Of a DNA stretch of 64,000 nucleotides, positions 40,520 through 53,390 are shown piece after piece. The notes beneath the pieces were generated by a model. It made no database searches. It was not told the origin of the DNA and worked only from the letters and a program-made list of their open reading frames with translations. Made by a program: the position numbers and the translations under genes. How positions within the stretch are numbered: the first letter of the stretch is position 1; each line of letters starts with the position of its first letter. Source of the stretch: Flaccisagitta enflata (lineage: Eukaryota); contig OZ231126.1 of the NCBI GenBank assembly GCA_965153355.1, forward strand, positions 23,560,001-23,624,000, read 5' to 3'.

Positions 40520-40894
40520 AGCTGTGGACACGCAGCTCTCTATAAGAAGCTTTGTCCCTCCGTCGGTCTGTTGGTCCGTTGGTTCGTTGATCCGTCGGTC
40601 CGTCCGTCCGTCCGTCCGTCCGTCACACTCGAATTTTTTATAAGAACGTCATTTTTTTTCTGAAGCCTTCAAAAGAGATAGAGATAACAACTAGTAAAAT
40701 AACAATAATGTTCCTAATTTTTGAGCCATTTCAATGCTTGATATTCTTATAAACTAGGTTCTTGTAAAAAATAAAAAGTGTATTTAGGATGCTGCAGTTG
40801 GTATGGGTTGTGTTGGAGGGGGGGTTGGGGTGAGGCTTGGGGTTGGATGCCCCTGTCCACCCGTCCGCAACGATATTGTGACCTCGCGTCACTT

Positions 40895-40895
<1 letters not shown>
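40520..40895 (+). mobile_element. GTGAC-subtype HINE interrupted by a small AAGAAC MITE (~40633-40780)
   Basis: Both HINE ends present; insert matches 37661-37748 and 41578-41973. Confidence 0.7.
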
Positions 40896-40970
<75 letters not shown>

Positions 40971-41092
40971 ATTAAAAGAAGAGAAGCGTCGAGGTAATAA
41001 AGCTGCTCAGCTCTCTTCCCGGCGAGAAGTAGCAGAGCTGATTTGTTCCTCTGTACTATCCACGGTAAATTCTTACGACTGTATTGTTCGAA

Positions 41093-41260
41093 CAAGGCCG
41101 GATACACAACCAATACCAGTCGCGGACGGGTGGGCAGGGGCGGAAATGCGCGTTTTCGCACTTTCTCAACTCGATCACCTCTACGGACGGACCGACGGAC
41201 CGACGGACCGACAGACCGACGGACGGACAAAGCCTCTTATAGAGTCGCTAGTCCGCGACT
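41093..41260 (-). mobile_element. HINE-like element, full length
   Basis: AGTCGCGGACTAGCGACT subfamily; 3' GTCCGCGACT. Confidence 0.9.
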
Positions 41261-41577
41261 AAAAACTCGCAAGCAAATTAAAAGATAACGAGAAATTTCA
41301 TTTTGTTCAAGAAACATTTTGATTCGTGGACTCGCGATCCTACATGAGGCTTTGTCCTTCTATCCATTAATCTGTGCGACTGTCCAACTGTCCGTCAGTC
41401 TGTCCGTGATAATGCAGTTTTTGTGGATGTGTGAAGGGGGCTGTACGCCTCTGCCCACCCGTCCATGAAAAAATGTAACCCCGGGTTACTTGCTTTTAGT
41501 CGCAGACACCGTCCGTCCGGAACCGTAACGCATTCATTATCCCCTATCTCTTTAATTTTCAATGGCAGACTACTATA

Positions 41578-41973
41578 CACTTCTTTTTAAAGAACGTCAT
41601 TTTTAGATGCGTCCTCGCATCTCTCAAATAGGCTGTGTCCCTCGGTCGATTGGTCCGTTGGACTGTCAGTAACGCATTCATTAAAAACATCAAAATCATG
41701 CATTTTTAAACAGAAAAGTGGGCTGAACCCAATATAAGTAGCATATATTATTTAATTCATCCATTAAGATATTGATTCATTTATAAATGACATTCAAAAC
41801 AAATATTCATTTATGAAAAAAAAACATTCATTCATAAAAAACATTCATTCAAAGATGACGCATCGTTGGCCCACTGGGCCTTGTTAAAATAAGAAGAAAT
41901 AGCTACTTAATTTTTGAAGCGATTTCAAGCCTTGATGTTCTTATACACTAGGTTCTTGTAACAAAAAAAAGTG
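41578..41973. mobile_element. Small TA-flanked MITE with a nested AGATGC-family HINE (41605-41883)
   Basis: TA-CACTTCTTTTTAAAGAAC ... GTTCTTGTAACAAAAAAAAGTG-TA; nested AGATGCGTCCTCGCATCT ... GACGCATC, GGCCCACTGGGCC-TTG. Confidence 0.7.
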
Positions 41974-42205
41974 TAGCGACTGGATAAGATGCAGTGTTCG
42001 TTGGTCCGTTGGTCTGTGATGCTCGACTTTCTTTTCTCGATTCCTTCGTTCTTCATTCTTTTCACGAATCGTCTTCCTTTCTTTTAAGACTTCTTTTATG
42101 GTTTTCTCTTTTGGCGGTTCTGTTGTGACCGATCGCCAGAGTGAGAAAAGTAAGATAACCCAGATATGAGATATGTGTTTTGGTCGGCTAGACACAAAGA
42201 AGGAA

Positions 42206-42262
<57 letters not shown>

Positions 42263-42928
42263 CCAGGGAGACACTGAAGTCCGTTTTTGATGGAAACCCG
42301 GCTTGAACCATTTATTCCTCAGACAAGAAAAGAAAAGAAAAAAAGAATTAAGAGGAAAGAAATAAGAGATAGAGAGAAAGAAATTCTGACATAGAGACAG
42401 ACATAGAGACATACAGGCCGACATATTTTCAGCGAGTGGCACAGACTCATAGACAGATACAAATCGAAATGCGGTGGTTGGTGGGTGAGAAATACAGCAA
42501 GTAAGACACATACGAGATAGATTGACTAACCACGCACTACCGCTCTTGTAGGTTTAGATATTTTCACATCAGGTTTTAAGGACGAATGACTGACATAGAC
42601 TTAAAAGGTACAATGGTAGAGTTGCCGGTAGACCACGTCCACATCTATAGACTTAAAAAAAAATCCCATGATAGTTGGTGAGACAATAAAAAAGAAAAAA
42701 AAAACAGAGTGCGAGGCAGAGATCTAGAGAAGTCTAGAGACCGAGCATGACAGAGACAGAGTGCGAGGTAGAGAGATCCAGAGACCGAGCCGAGTAATAC
42801 CGGAGTTTGGCGGGGAATATAAATGCGTCAAAATGTTGTTCTTTCTTTGGATAAAAGATGGTCTTTTGTTGCACTTGATCTTTCTATCGCAATACGAAAT
42901 CGGTTTTTTTTCTTATGTTTTATGCGAA

Positions 42929-43726
42929 AGTGACACGGGTTCACAATATCGTTGCGGGCGGGTGGGCAGGGGCATCCAACCCCCAGCCTCACCCCAACCC
43001 CCACCCCACATGCAAACATACCCAACAGGTCGCCCAAGGGCAATATGTGGTCAGCGATACCCGTTGCCCTGCTTTGTATGTTGGTGATCGTAAGTATGGT
43101 TAGCAGGGCAGCGGCCCCGAAGAGGACGATGTCCTGTAGAACACAGGGGGACTTCTGCTCAATTGAGTTTGTGAGGCCGGGATTTGAGCCTTAGGTTGAT
43201 ATTTGAGCCTTGAGGCTGGGATTTGAGCCTCACGGCTGGAATTTGGCCTCAAGGCTTGAATTTGAGCAGCAAAGCTGGGATTTGGCTATGAGGTTGGGAT
43301 TTGAGCCTCAAGGCTGGGATTTAAGCCTCCAGGCTGGAATTTGAGCCTATAGGTTAGGATTTGAGCCTGGATGCTGGGATTTGATCCTGGATGCTGGGAT
43401 TTCAGCCTGGAGGCTGGGATTTGAGCCTCATGGCAGGGATTTGAGCCTTATGGCTGGGATTTGAGCCTCAAGGCTGGGATTTGAGCCTCCAGGTTGGGAT
43501 TTGAGCCTCAAGACTGGGATTTGAGCCTTGAGGCTGGGATATGAGCCTCAAAGCTGGGGGGGACGCACGAAAGAACGGACGGACGAATGGAAGTCCCCCT
43601 GTGTTCTACAGGACATTGTCCCCTCAATCATCACGGACCAACGGACTGACGGACTGACGGACCAACAGACCGACAGACCGACGGATGGACGGACAAAGCC
43701 TCTTGTAGAGTTGCATGTCTGCCACT
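42929..43726 (-). mobile_element. GTGAC-subtype HINE interrupted by a GGGCAGCGG-family element
   Basis: 3' half 42929-43025 and 5' half 43625-43726. Confidence 0.72.
43026..43624 (-). mobile_element. GGGCAGCGG-family element with a (GGGATTTGAGCCTCAAGGCTG)-like 21-bp array
   Basis: Shared end CAGGTCGCCCAAGGGCAATATGTGGTCAGCG; IR GTCCTGTAGAACACAGGGGGACTT brackets the array. Confidence 0.82.
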
Positions 43727-43750
43727 AAAAAGATGAATTTTAAGTAGAAA

Positions 43751-44458
43751 CAGGTCGCCCAAGGGCAATATGTGGTCAGCGATACCCGTTGCCCTGCTTT
43801 GAGTGATTGTGAACTGGAGTGAGGGGAAGCAGGGCAGCGGTCCCGAAGGGGACGAAGTCCTGTAGAACACAGGGGGACTTTCGTTCGTCCTACCTGAAGA
43901 AGTGGATGAGATGCTATAGAGGGCTGACTGAAGGCATCAAGAGCCTAAACTGAGGTCTAAGAAGGCTGATATAAGGCCTCAGAATGCCAATTGGAAGCTT
44001 GAGAGGGCTAACTTGAGGCTTGAGAGAGCTGGATTAAAGCTTGAAAGGCCAGAGGACTGATTTGAAGCCTGGGAGCAATAAATAGAGGTTTAGATGGCTG
44101 ATTTGAGGCCTGAGAGGCCTAATTTGAGGCATGAGAGGCCAGGTTTGAGGCCTGAGAATTTGGAATTGAGGCCTGAGAAGCCAGATTTGAGGCCTAAGAG
44201 GCCAGATGTGTGGCCTGACAGGCCAGATTGGTGGCCTGAGAGGCCAGATTTGAGGCCTCAGAGGCCAGATTTGAGGCCTGGGAGGGTGGATTTGAGACCT
44301 GAGAGGCTGGATTTGCGGCCTGAGAGGCCAGATTTGAGGCCTGAGGGGTCTGATGAAGGAGGGGGACTAACGAACGAACGGATGAATGGACAAACGGACG
44401 GATGAACAAAAGTCCCCCTGTGTTCTACAGGACTTTGTCCCCTTTGGGCCCGCTGCCC
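43751..44458 (-). mobile_element. GGGCAGCGG-family element with a (GATTTGAGGCCTGAGAGGCCA) 21-bp array
   Basis: ~50-bp IR 43832-43881 with 44409-44458; same end as the 43026 copy. Confidence 0.85.
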
Positions 44459-44575
44459 AAAAAGAGAGATAAGAAGATAGGTAAGAGAGGAAAAGAAGAT
44501 CCAAACAGTCTAATGTACAGTCGTTTCCTTGATTAAGTTAACATTCGTCCAAGTTCTGGGTTTAACTGCCTTTTT

Positions 44576-44931
44576 AGTCGCGTGCACGCGACTCTACAAC
44601 CCGCTTTGTCCATCTGTCGGTCCGTCCATTGGTCCATCCATTGGTCCGTCAAACTTTACCTTTTTATTACTTTTAGTCAGTTTTAGTCATTTTAGGTCAT
44701 TTTAAGTCATTCTAAGTCGTTCTAAGTCATTTTAAGTTATTCTAAATCATTTAAAGTCATTTTATGTCATGTTAAGTCACTTAAGTGAATCAGGTCAATA
44801 TCGTTATTTTAGTCATTTTACATCATTTTATGACCTTTGAAGTCATATTATGTCATCTTGAGTCATTCAAAGTCAATTTAAGTCATTCTAAGTTATGTAT
44901 GTCCCGCACGCGACTTATAGGTGTTGGCCTT
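44576..44931 (+). mobile_element. HINE-like element with an (AGTCATTTTA)-type 10-11-bp array
   Basis: AGTCGCGTGCACGCGACT ... GCACGCGACTTATAGGTGTTGGCC. Confidence 0.85.
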
Positions 44932-44936
44932 TTCTT

Positions 44937-44972
44937 TGTTGTTGTTGTTGTTGTTGTTGTTGTTGGTTGTCG

Positions 44973-45061
<89 letters not shown>

Positions 45062-45310
45062 CTTCTTCTTCTTCTTCTTCTTCTTCTTCTTCTTCTTCTT
45101 CTTCTTCTTCTTCTTCTTCTTCTTCTTCTTCTTCTTCTTCTTCTTCTTCTTCTTCTTCTTCTTCTTCTACTCTTCTTATCCTTCTTCTTCTTCTTCTTCT
45201 TCTTCTTCTTCTTCTTCTTCTTCTTCTTCTTCTTCTTCTTCTTCTTCTTCTTCTTCTTCTTCTTCTTCTCCTTCTTTTTCTTCTTCTTCTTCTCCTTCTC
45301 CCTCTTCTTC
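44937..45310. repeat. (GTT)n-(CTT)n compound microsatellite
   Basis: Direct inspection. Confidence 0.98.
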
Positions 45311-45675
45311 TTTACCTTCTTTTATTTACCTTTTTTTCATCCATTTCTCTTCTACATCGACCTCTCGTGATGTTTAAACCGATAGAAGGGAGAAGTAGAA
45401 AGAAGGCCAACTTTTGTGGATGAAAGAAACGGTTTTACATCGACTTTAACACGAAATAAAAGTCACTATTATGCCTCGTTCATTTTCTAGTGAGCTCCAA
45501 AGCCTCCCCTTTCAGTCTTTATTTTTCTGTCTGTTTCATCATTTCTTCTGTCTCTTTGTCTGTTTTCTCTTCATTGCATCGTTCTCGCCATCGTTCTCTA
45601 TCTCTCTCTTTCTTTCTCTCTCTCTCTCTCTTTCTCTTTCTCTTTCTCTTTCTCTTTCTCTCTCTCTCTCTCTCT

Positions 45676-45764
<89 letters not shown>

Positions 45765-46384
45765 AGACACACTTGCATAGCCCTTGACCTTTAGTTAGAA
45801 GAATTTATGTTACTAGGCAAACTAGAGAGATGGTCTGTGGCAAAAAAAAGGGAGCAGGAGTCGGAGTCTGGTGAGACTTTGACATGGCTAAGCTGAAGCT
45901 GATTCAAGAAGGCGGGGTACACGGCCACTTAGTAGTCGCATGTGGGTGGGTAGGGGCAGCGATGCGGGTGTGCGGGCAGAATGTAGCTGGGCAGAGGCTG
46001 TAATGCTCAAAAATCACTATTTCGAGCAACTTCGGCTAATCTAAAAATTTGCGTTGCCTTTCTACCAACCTCCCTAGCTACTGACAGATGGACACACCCT
46101 TTTGTAGGGTCGCTTAGCGGCAAGCGACAAACATACTTTTGATGAGAATAGATATCGGTGGAAGGTATGAACAAAGCCAGAACCACGGCATCCAGTCGGG
46201 GACGGTTGAGCAGGAGAAGTAATACAAAAACCGTTCGTAACTCAACAAGGTCATAAGACCTAAGTCGCGTGCGTCGACACTTTCGGAAAAGTCAGGCAGA
46301 CAGATAGATAACAGACTATAACATTTAAAGAGACCTCTACGGCCAGGAATCTCGATGGAGAAAATCTCAATTTTAAGGGTTATG

Positions 46385-47380
46385 AAAAAAAATGGACCCA
46401 TCCCAGATTTTTGCACAGGGGACCTAAAAAGGCTGTAGAACAAGATTCTGATGTTCATTTTGACCTAACTTGAGCCAAAAAAAAAAAAAAGAAACGGGTT
46501 TTAGTGCAAAAAACAGCTATTTTTCCTTAAAAAATGGCATTAAATGAAATATTTTGGCCCTTTTTTTTGCAGAAACATAAAGTACCAATAGTAATTGATA
46601 TTTGAGTGAATGTAGAACAATTTTTAATAGGTCTATGAGGTTCAAAAATAGCATTAAAATGCTCAAAAATGAAGAAATGACCTAAGAATTAAAAAATCAT
46701 CAAAACTGATGATTTGGAACAGTTTCTTAGGGAAAAATATGCTGTCAGTATGAATTTCATTGATTTACTTAAAAAAACATGGCTGTGATAAGCGAAAAAT
46801 GCAAAACCGCAGTATGCAAGTGCGGTTTTTGCAAAAAATGGCTTTAGAGGGGGGAAAACACTTGCATTCCTCCAGAAAAGTGTTTGTTTGGTATAGAAAA
46901 GCAATAAAATCAACCTATGTATACATAAACAAAAACCGCACATGGACCTGATTTGCATAATATGGTTTTGCGTTTTTCGCTTATCACAGCCATGTTTTTT
47001 TTTGTAAATCGATGAAATTCATACTGACAGCATATTTTACCCTAAGAAACTGTTCCAAAACATCGGTTTTGACCATTTATTTATTTTTAGGTCATTTCTC
47101 CATTTTTGAGCATTTTAATGCTATTTTTGAACCTCATAGACCGATTCAAAATTGTTCTAGAGTCACTCAAATATCAATTACTATTTGGACTTTATGTTTC
47201 TGTAAAAAAAAAAGTCAAAAACATTTCATTTAATACCATTTTTTTAAGAAAAATAACCGTTTTTTGCAATCTTTTTTTCTTTTTGGCTCAAGTTAGGTCA
47301 AAATGAACATCAGAATCTTGTTCTACAGCCTTTTTAGGTCCCCTGTGCAAAAATCTGGGATGGGTCCATTTTTTTTTTTT
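46385..47380. mobile_element. Foldback element, ~1 kb, arms ~425 bp
   Basis: Arms ~46385-46810 and ~46963-47380 are near-identical reverse complements at the outer ends; TTAA lies near both ends but the exact termini are asymmetric. Confidence 0.92.
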
Positions 47381-48038
47381 TTTAAAGAATTTTGCAAGTG
47401 AGAATTCTGGCCGTCTAAACTAGCAACAAAAAGCCTTAAAAACAACTTTGTGACAAACCAATGGACAGGCAGACGGATAGACAGACAGATGGACGGATGA
47501 ACAGAGGACAGACGGACCAGAATGACGTAAAACATTAAAAAACATTTAAAATGTCTTTAAATTGCCTGAAACGCCCTTTCAACAACTTTATGACGGACAG
47601 ACTGATGGACCAACAGACCAACTGACCTACCAAAAGTGGCTTATAGAGGTTCATAAATGCCTAAAAAACATTCAAAAACATTCAAAATATCTTTATTTTG
47701 TCTAAAAACGCGTTTTAAACAGTTTTGTGATGGATGGACTGACCGACCCACTGACAGACCGACCGACAGACCGACCCACTGAAAAGTGGCTTCTAGAGTC
47801 GCTTAGCACGCAACTAAAAAATGTGACCAAAGGATCTACGGACCGACGGACGAACGGACCGACACAGCAAGGTGTAGAGTAGCGTTTCCGCAACTAAAAC
47901 GTAGACGCTCTATGGTTCGATTTGGAGGATGTACACTGTAGGCTTGAGATTCGGTGATTCACCAACGGAAAAAACGGTGGAGTGAATGCCAATTTTCACT
48001 GATTCAGTGATTTGGATTTTCGGTTTTTCACCGTTTTT

Positions 48039-48201
48039 AGTCGCGGACAAGCGACTCTATAAGAGGCTTTGTCCGTCCGTCCGTCCTTTGGTCCGTCGGT
48101 CCGTCGGTCCGTCGGTGAGCACGAGTCGAAAAGTGGGAAAACGCGCATTTCCGCCCCTGCCCACCCGTCCGCGACTGGTATTGGCCGTGTATCTGGCCTT
48201 G
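48039..48201 (+). mobile_element. HINE-like element, full length, nested
   Basis: AGTCGCGGACAAGCGACT...GTCCGCGACTGGTATTGGCCGTGTATCTGGCCTTG. Confidence 0.9.
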
Positions 48202-48535
48202 TTATCACCCTTCCCCAACTGCCCTTCACTTTGCTGAAATTGCTATCATATTCAAGAAAGTGCTCATATTAATCATTGAAATTTGCAGGAAAGAATTCCA
48301 TATTATCAAAATCCCTTATTCTACAGTTACCATGGTGACAAGAAAGCTGTGTCTGATACTCAGGTAGTTTTTGTTTTTTTTAACTTGAGAAATAACAACA
48401 ATACCTTTAGTTCAAGATATTATGTTTTCCCTCACTACTGTATTTGTATTCATTGATTGTGTCACTACTGCCAATTCTGTTATTAAGAAAAAGAGATAAA
48501 GTCCAATGATGAAAGACAGAGGAAGTACAAGAAAG

Positions 48536-48597
<62 letters not shown>

Positions 48598-48645
48598 TAT
48601 TAAAATGAAAGTAGCAAACTGACTGAGATAAGAAAACACCTTATT

Positions 48646-50499
48646 AGTCGCATGCACGTGACTCTACAATCTGTTTTGCCCGTCCATCCATCCGTCGGTC
48701 CGTTGGTCCATTGGTCAAACTACTTTTTTTATCGCGTGCAGTTACTCTACAAGTCCATTTTTAGTCATTCTAAGACATTCTAAGTCATTCTTAGTCATTC
48801 AAAGTCATTGTAAGTCGTTTATGGTCATTTTGGGTTGTCTGGAGTCATTTTGAGTCATTTTTTGTTGCTTTAGGTCATTTTTGATTGTTTTTAATAATTT
48901 TTGGTCATTTTTGATCATTTTTGATCATTTTTGATCATATATGTCATTTTGCTCATTTATGTCATTTGTGTCATTTTTGGGTGTTTAAAGTAGTTTTAAG
49001 TCATTTCAAGCCATTTTGGGACATTTCCTGTCATTTTTGGTCATTTTACATCATTTTTGGTATGTTTTGGTCAATTATGTCATTTTGTTCATTTTGATCA
49101 TTTAACTCATTTTTGTCCTTTTTTCTTATTTCTTGTCTAAATAGGTCTTCTTTGGATATTATGGGTCACTTTGGGTCATTGTAGGTCATTTTGGGTCATC
49201 TTGAGTCGTCATGGGTCCGGGCTGGGGACTCCATCTTTTGTCATTTTTTGGTCTGCTATAAGTCTGCTTTAAGTCTGGTTTGAGTCTGGTTTAAGTCTTG
49301 GTTTGAGTCTGGTTTAAGTTTGGTTTAAGTCTGGTTTAAGTCTGGTTTAAGTCTGGTTTAAGTCTGGTTTAAGTTTGGTGTGAGCCTGGTGTAAGCCTGG
49401 TGTAAGTCTGGTGTAAGTCTGGTTTAAGTCTGATTTAAGTCTGATTTAGGTTGGGATGAGGTCTGGATTAAGTCTGGTTTAAGTCTGGTGTAAGTGTGGT
49501 GTAAGTGTGGTGTAAGTGTGGTGTAAGTGTGGTGTAAGTGTGGTGTAAGTCTGGTGTAAGTCTGGTTTAAGTCTGGTTTAAGTCTGGTTTAAGTCTGGAT
49601 TAAGTCTGGTTTTAGTCTGGTTTTAGTCTGGTTTGAGTCTGGTTTGAGTCTGGTTTGAGTCTGGATTGAGTCTGGTTTGAATCTGGTTTGAGTCTGGTTT
49701 GAGTCTGGTTTGAGTCCGGCTTGAGTCTGGCTTGAGTCTGGTTTAAGTCTGGTTTGAGTCTGGTTTAAGACTGGTTTATGTCTGGTTTATGTCTGATTGA
49801 TGTCTGGTTTGGGTCTGGTTTAGGTCTGGTTTATGTCTGATTCATGTCTGGTTAAGGTCTGGTTTAGGTCTGGTTTAGGTCTGGTTTAGGTCTGGTTTAG
49901 GTCTGGTTTAGGTCTGGTTTAATTCTGGTTTAATTCTGGTTTGAGTCTGGTTTGAGTCTGGTTTGAGTCTGGTTATAGTCTGGTTTGAGCCTGGATTGAC
50001 TCTGGATTGAGTCTGGTTTGAGTATGGATTCAGTCTGGTTTGAGTCCGGTTTGAGTCTGGTTTGAGTCTGGTTTGAGTCTGGTTTGAGTCTGGTTTGAGT
50101 CTGGTTTGGGTCTGGTTTGGGTCAGGTTTAAGTCTGATTTTTGATAAAAAGATACAATAAGGAGTCACGTCAGTTCAGTTATTTTTGTCCTGCACGCGAC
50201 TTATAGGTGTGGGCCTTGTTTTATTACTTTTAGTTATTCTTAGTCATTTTAGTCCATTTTTAGTCATTCTAAGACATTCTAAGTCATTCTTAGTCATTCA
50301 AAGTCATTGTAAGTCATTTTAAGTCATTTTACGTTATGTTAAGTCACTTAAGTCAATTTGCTCAATTCAGTTGTATAAGTCATTTATTATTGTTTTATGT
50401 CTTTTTAAGTTAGTGTAAGTCATTTTAAGTCAACTTGAGTCAATTTGAGTCATCCTAAGTTATTTATGTCCTGCACGCGACTTATATGTGTTGGCCTTG
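48646..50499 (+). mobile_element. HINE-like element with expanded 10-11-bp arrays and two 3' ends
   Basis: Homolog of 44576; 3' modules GCACGCGACTTATA...GGCCTTG end at 50218 and 50499. Confidence 0.8.
49250..50140. repeat. 11-bp minisatellite (AGTCTGGTTT[A/G])n, about 80 copies
   Basis: Direct inspection; locally homogenised variant blocks. Confidence 0.97.
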
Positions 50500-50769
50500 T
50501 TTTATTCAAACGTATAAATCAATCTTTTGACCATGGCATCAAGAATACCATCTCACGGTAAATCTGTATGGGAACAGGATATGGGATTTTCCTCTGTTTG
50601 GTAGCACCAGGAACAAAGGTCATATAGCGAACTCAAGAAATATAAAAGTGCAAAAAACCTATCCACTTCCAGCCTGTTCAAAGAAGAGACTTAGAGGTTT
50701 ACTTTTTCATGTGTAAACATTCAGACAAAAATCAACTATTGGCAAGTTTTAACATGCACATTTTTTTAA

Positions 50770-50899
50770 AGTTGCGGACACGCAACTCTATAAGAGGCTT
50801 TGTCCGTTCATCGATCAGTCCGTCCATCAGTCAGCACGAGTCGGGTTGGATGCCCATGCCCACCCGTCCGCAACAATATTTGTGACCCCGCATCACTTG
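50770..50899 (+). mobile_element. Internally deleted GTGAC-subtype HINE
   Basis: Both ends intact and core missing. Confidence 0.8.
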
Positions 50900-51296
50900 T
50901 TGATCTTCATTCAGGTCTGTTGCTCAATTTGAAAAAAAAACTATTCAATTTAGCACTTCTTTTTTCATTACCTTGGCATTTATTACGTTCTGATGATTAA
51001 TTACGCTCAAGGTTCATACAGCATGATGCATCTGAACAACCCAATAAGCAGGTACAGAGTAAAAATCACTGAAAATAACCGAAAAACGGTGGTGGCAAGG
51101 GAAAATCCCTGAAAATCAGTGGTGATTGAAAACGCGAGTCACTCTCAACTCTAGTACACTGTATAGATCACACAATCGCTCGTGGTTCTATGTACTTCGA
51201 GTTCAGTAAAGACAAATAGTCTACCCATTCTAGTTCATTTACATTGTGAATGTACACTTTGTCCATCCCTTTCCGTTGGTTACTGACGTGATCTAA

Positions 51297-51585
<289 letters not shown>

Positions 51586-51947
51586 TATGTCTGTTGGGGG
51601 GTCGGTAACAACGAACTTTGGAAATGCCAGTCGGACATATGACCAAAGTGTGCACAAAAACGATCTATAAACACATGTGAAAGGAAAAAGGAGTCACACC
51701 ATATCATTTACAGTCGTGCCACACCCCTTATTTACATTGTAATGAATAAGGAGAAGGAAGAGGAAGAGGAAGCTCCTATACTTTACTATAGGAAAGGTAG
51801 GGTTGGCACGACTATAAATGATAAAATCTCATGAACTTTTCCTTCTAGTTCTCAGGTTGTTTTGTGATTGCGCATGGTCTGGTGATATGTCCAATTGGCA
51901 TTTCCAAAGTAAGTTGATACCGACCCCCCCTATGTCTGTGTGTGTGT

Positions 51948-52036
<89 letters not shown>

Positions 52037-52347
52037 TTTAATCGCTAACTGACCACAGACGTCACGCCGTTTCCTGCAACAAATCAAATTACGTCTAATC
52101 CTTTGAAATGTCCGCTGGATCTCGGATATGCGTTTGAAATTAAATGAGAAGATTCATTCCTAATTTCTGCTGACTTAGCTCCGGTCAGAAATCTCTGGAT
52201 CTCTTCCATTGAAATTCGCCGAACTAGACCAGGACGGTCTCTGCGGTTATAATGCTTTTGCATGAGTGTCATTCTTTCTTTGGTGTGTGTGTGTTTGTTT
52301 GTTTGTTTGTTTGTTTGTTTGTTTGTTTGTTTGTTTGTTTGTTTGTT

Positions 52348-52423
<76 letters not shown>

Positions 52424-52820
52424 GGTTGGGATGATCTAGTGAAAGTTCATACATATTTCCAATCAGGCTTGTTTAACTAAATTGTTCATAATTCGAACTA
52501 TTGCCAAGTGGATTGTCGTTCGCGTTGACAGCTCATCCAGGTCAATGGTTCGTTTCAAATTCACATCCTCAAATAACTTATAGAGCGCATCTGCACTAAC
52601 TATTCAACATGTACCCAATTCTTACCAATTCCCATGATTCTTCCAATGAAAATATAGCTCTCATATGAAGGTTCGTTTGTTACAGATGTTCAGTAGCCCA
52701 CTGGCAACATGAATCTATGATTTAAGATCTATGGATCGAAGGAAATTAGTTCTAAAGGACTGAAAAATATGATGGTGACTCTCAGATCGATTTAGTGGAT
52801 TTTTCTCAACATCTTTACCG

Positions 52821-52853
<33 letters not shown>

Positions 52854-52992
52854 TGTTTCCCTCAAATTATCTCCGTGATAGGCGGATTTCTCTTTCGGAT
52901 CCGTTACAGCGGGGAAAGAGTATGACTGAGCATCCAACATAGTCTCCTCCTAACTTCTACCCATTTGTCCATTCTGTCTGGTTCCATTTCAG

Positions 52993-53240
52993 ACGCGCAT
53001 AATGGCCTCCACGGATTCAGTCTCGGTTTCAACTTTCTCTGCGACGAATTCGGCGTTTCAAAGCTTCCGCCCAAATCGGCCGCTAAAATCGCCGACCGCC
53101 GGCTCGCCGCATTGGATGGCCAAACGCGACCAGACCATAACAGCAGGCTGGATGCGGCCGGAACATAACAGCCGGCCGGACGTGACCGGACCTCAACAGC
53201 CGAATGCACGCGCACACACAAACGCGAGACGCATCTCAAC
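52993..53240 (+). other. Candidate exon in a CpG-rich unique patch
   Basis: CTAAC branch-like motif near 52950, pyrimidine tract, TTTCAG acceptor ending at 52992; two frames open (stops at 53168 and 53304); no clear donor and no recognisable homology. Confidence 0.35.
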
Positions 53241-53308
53241 GTTAGGTTCTGAAGGCTTCCTCACATATGTATACATACACACACCCACACACCCACACAC
53301 ATAATTTT

Positions 53309-53390
<82 letters not shown>

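Larger units (their letters stand above)
47939..51153. mobile_element. Non-autonomous hAT-type element inflated by nested repeats (3.2 kb)
   Basis: Perfect 8-bp TSD GTACACTG; imperfect TIR TAGGCTTGAGA versus TCTCAACTCTA; CACTGA/AAAAACGGTGG subterminal motifs at both ends. Confidence 0.8.

Noticed and set aside
44094-44405. DLRPERP repeat protein
   Set aside because: It is the 21-bp array inside a non-autonomous element
49908-50168. QTQTRLKPDSN repeat ORF
   Set aside because: Three 11-bp units give the 11-aa period
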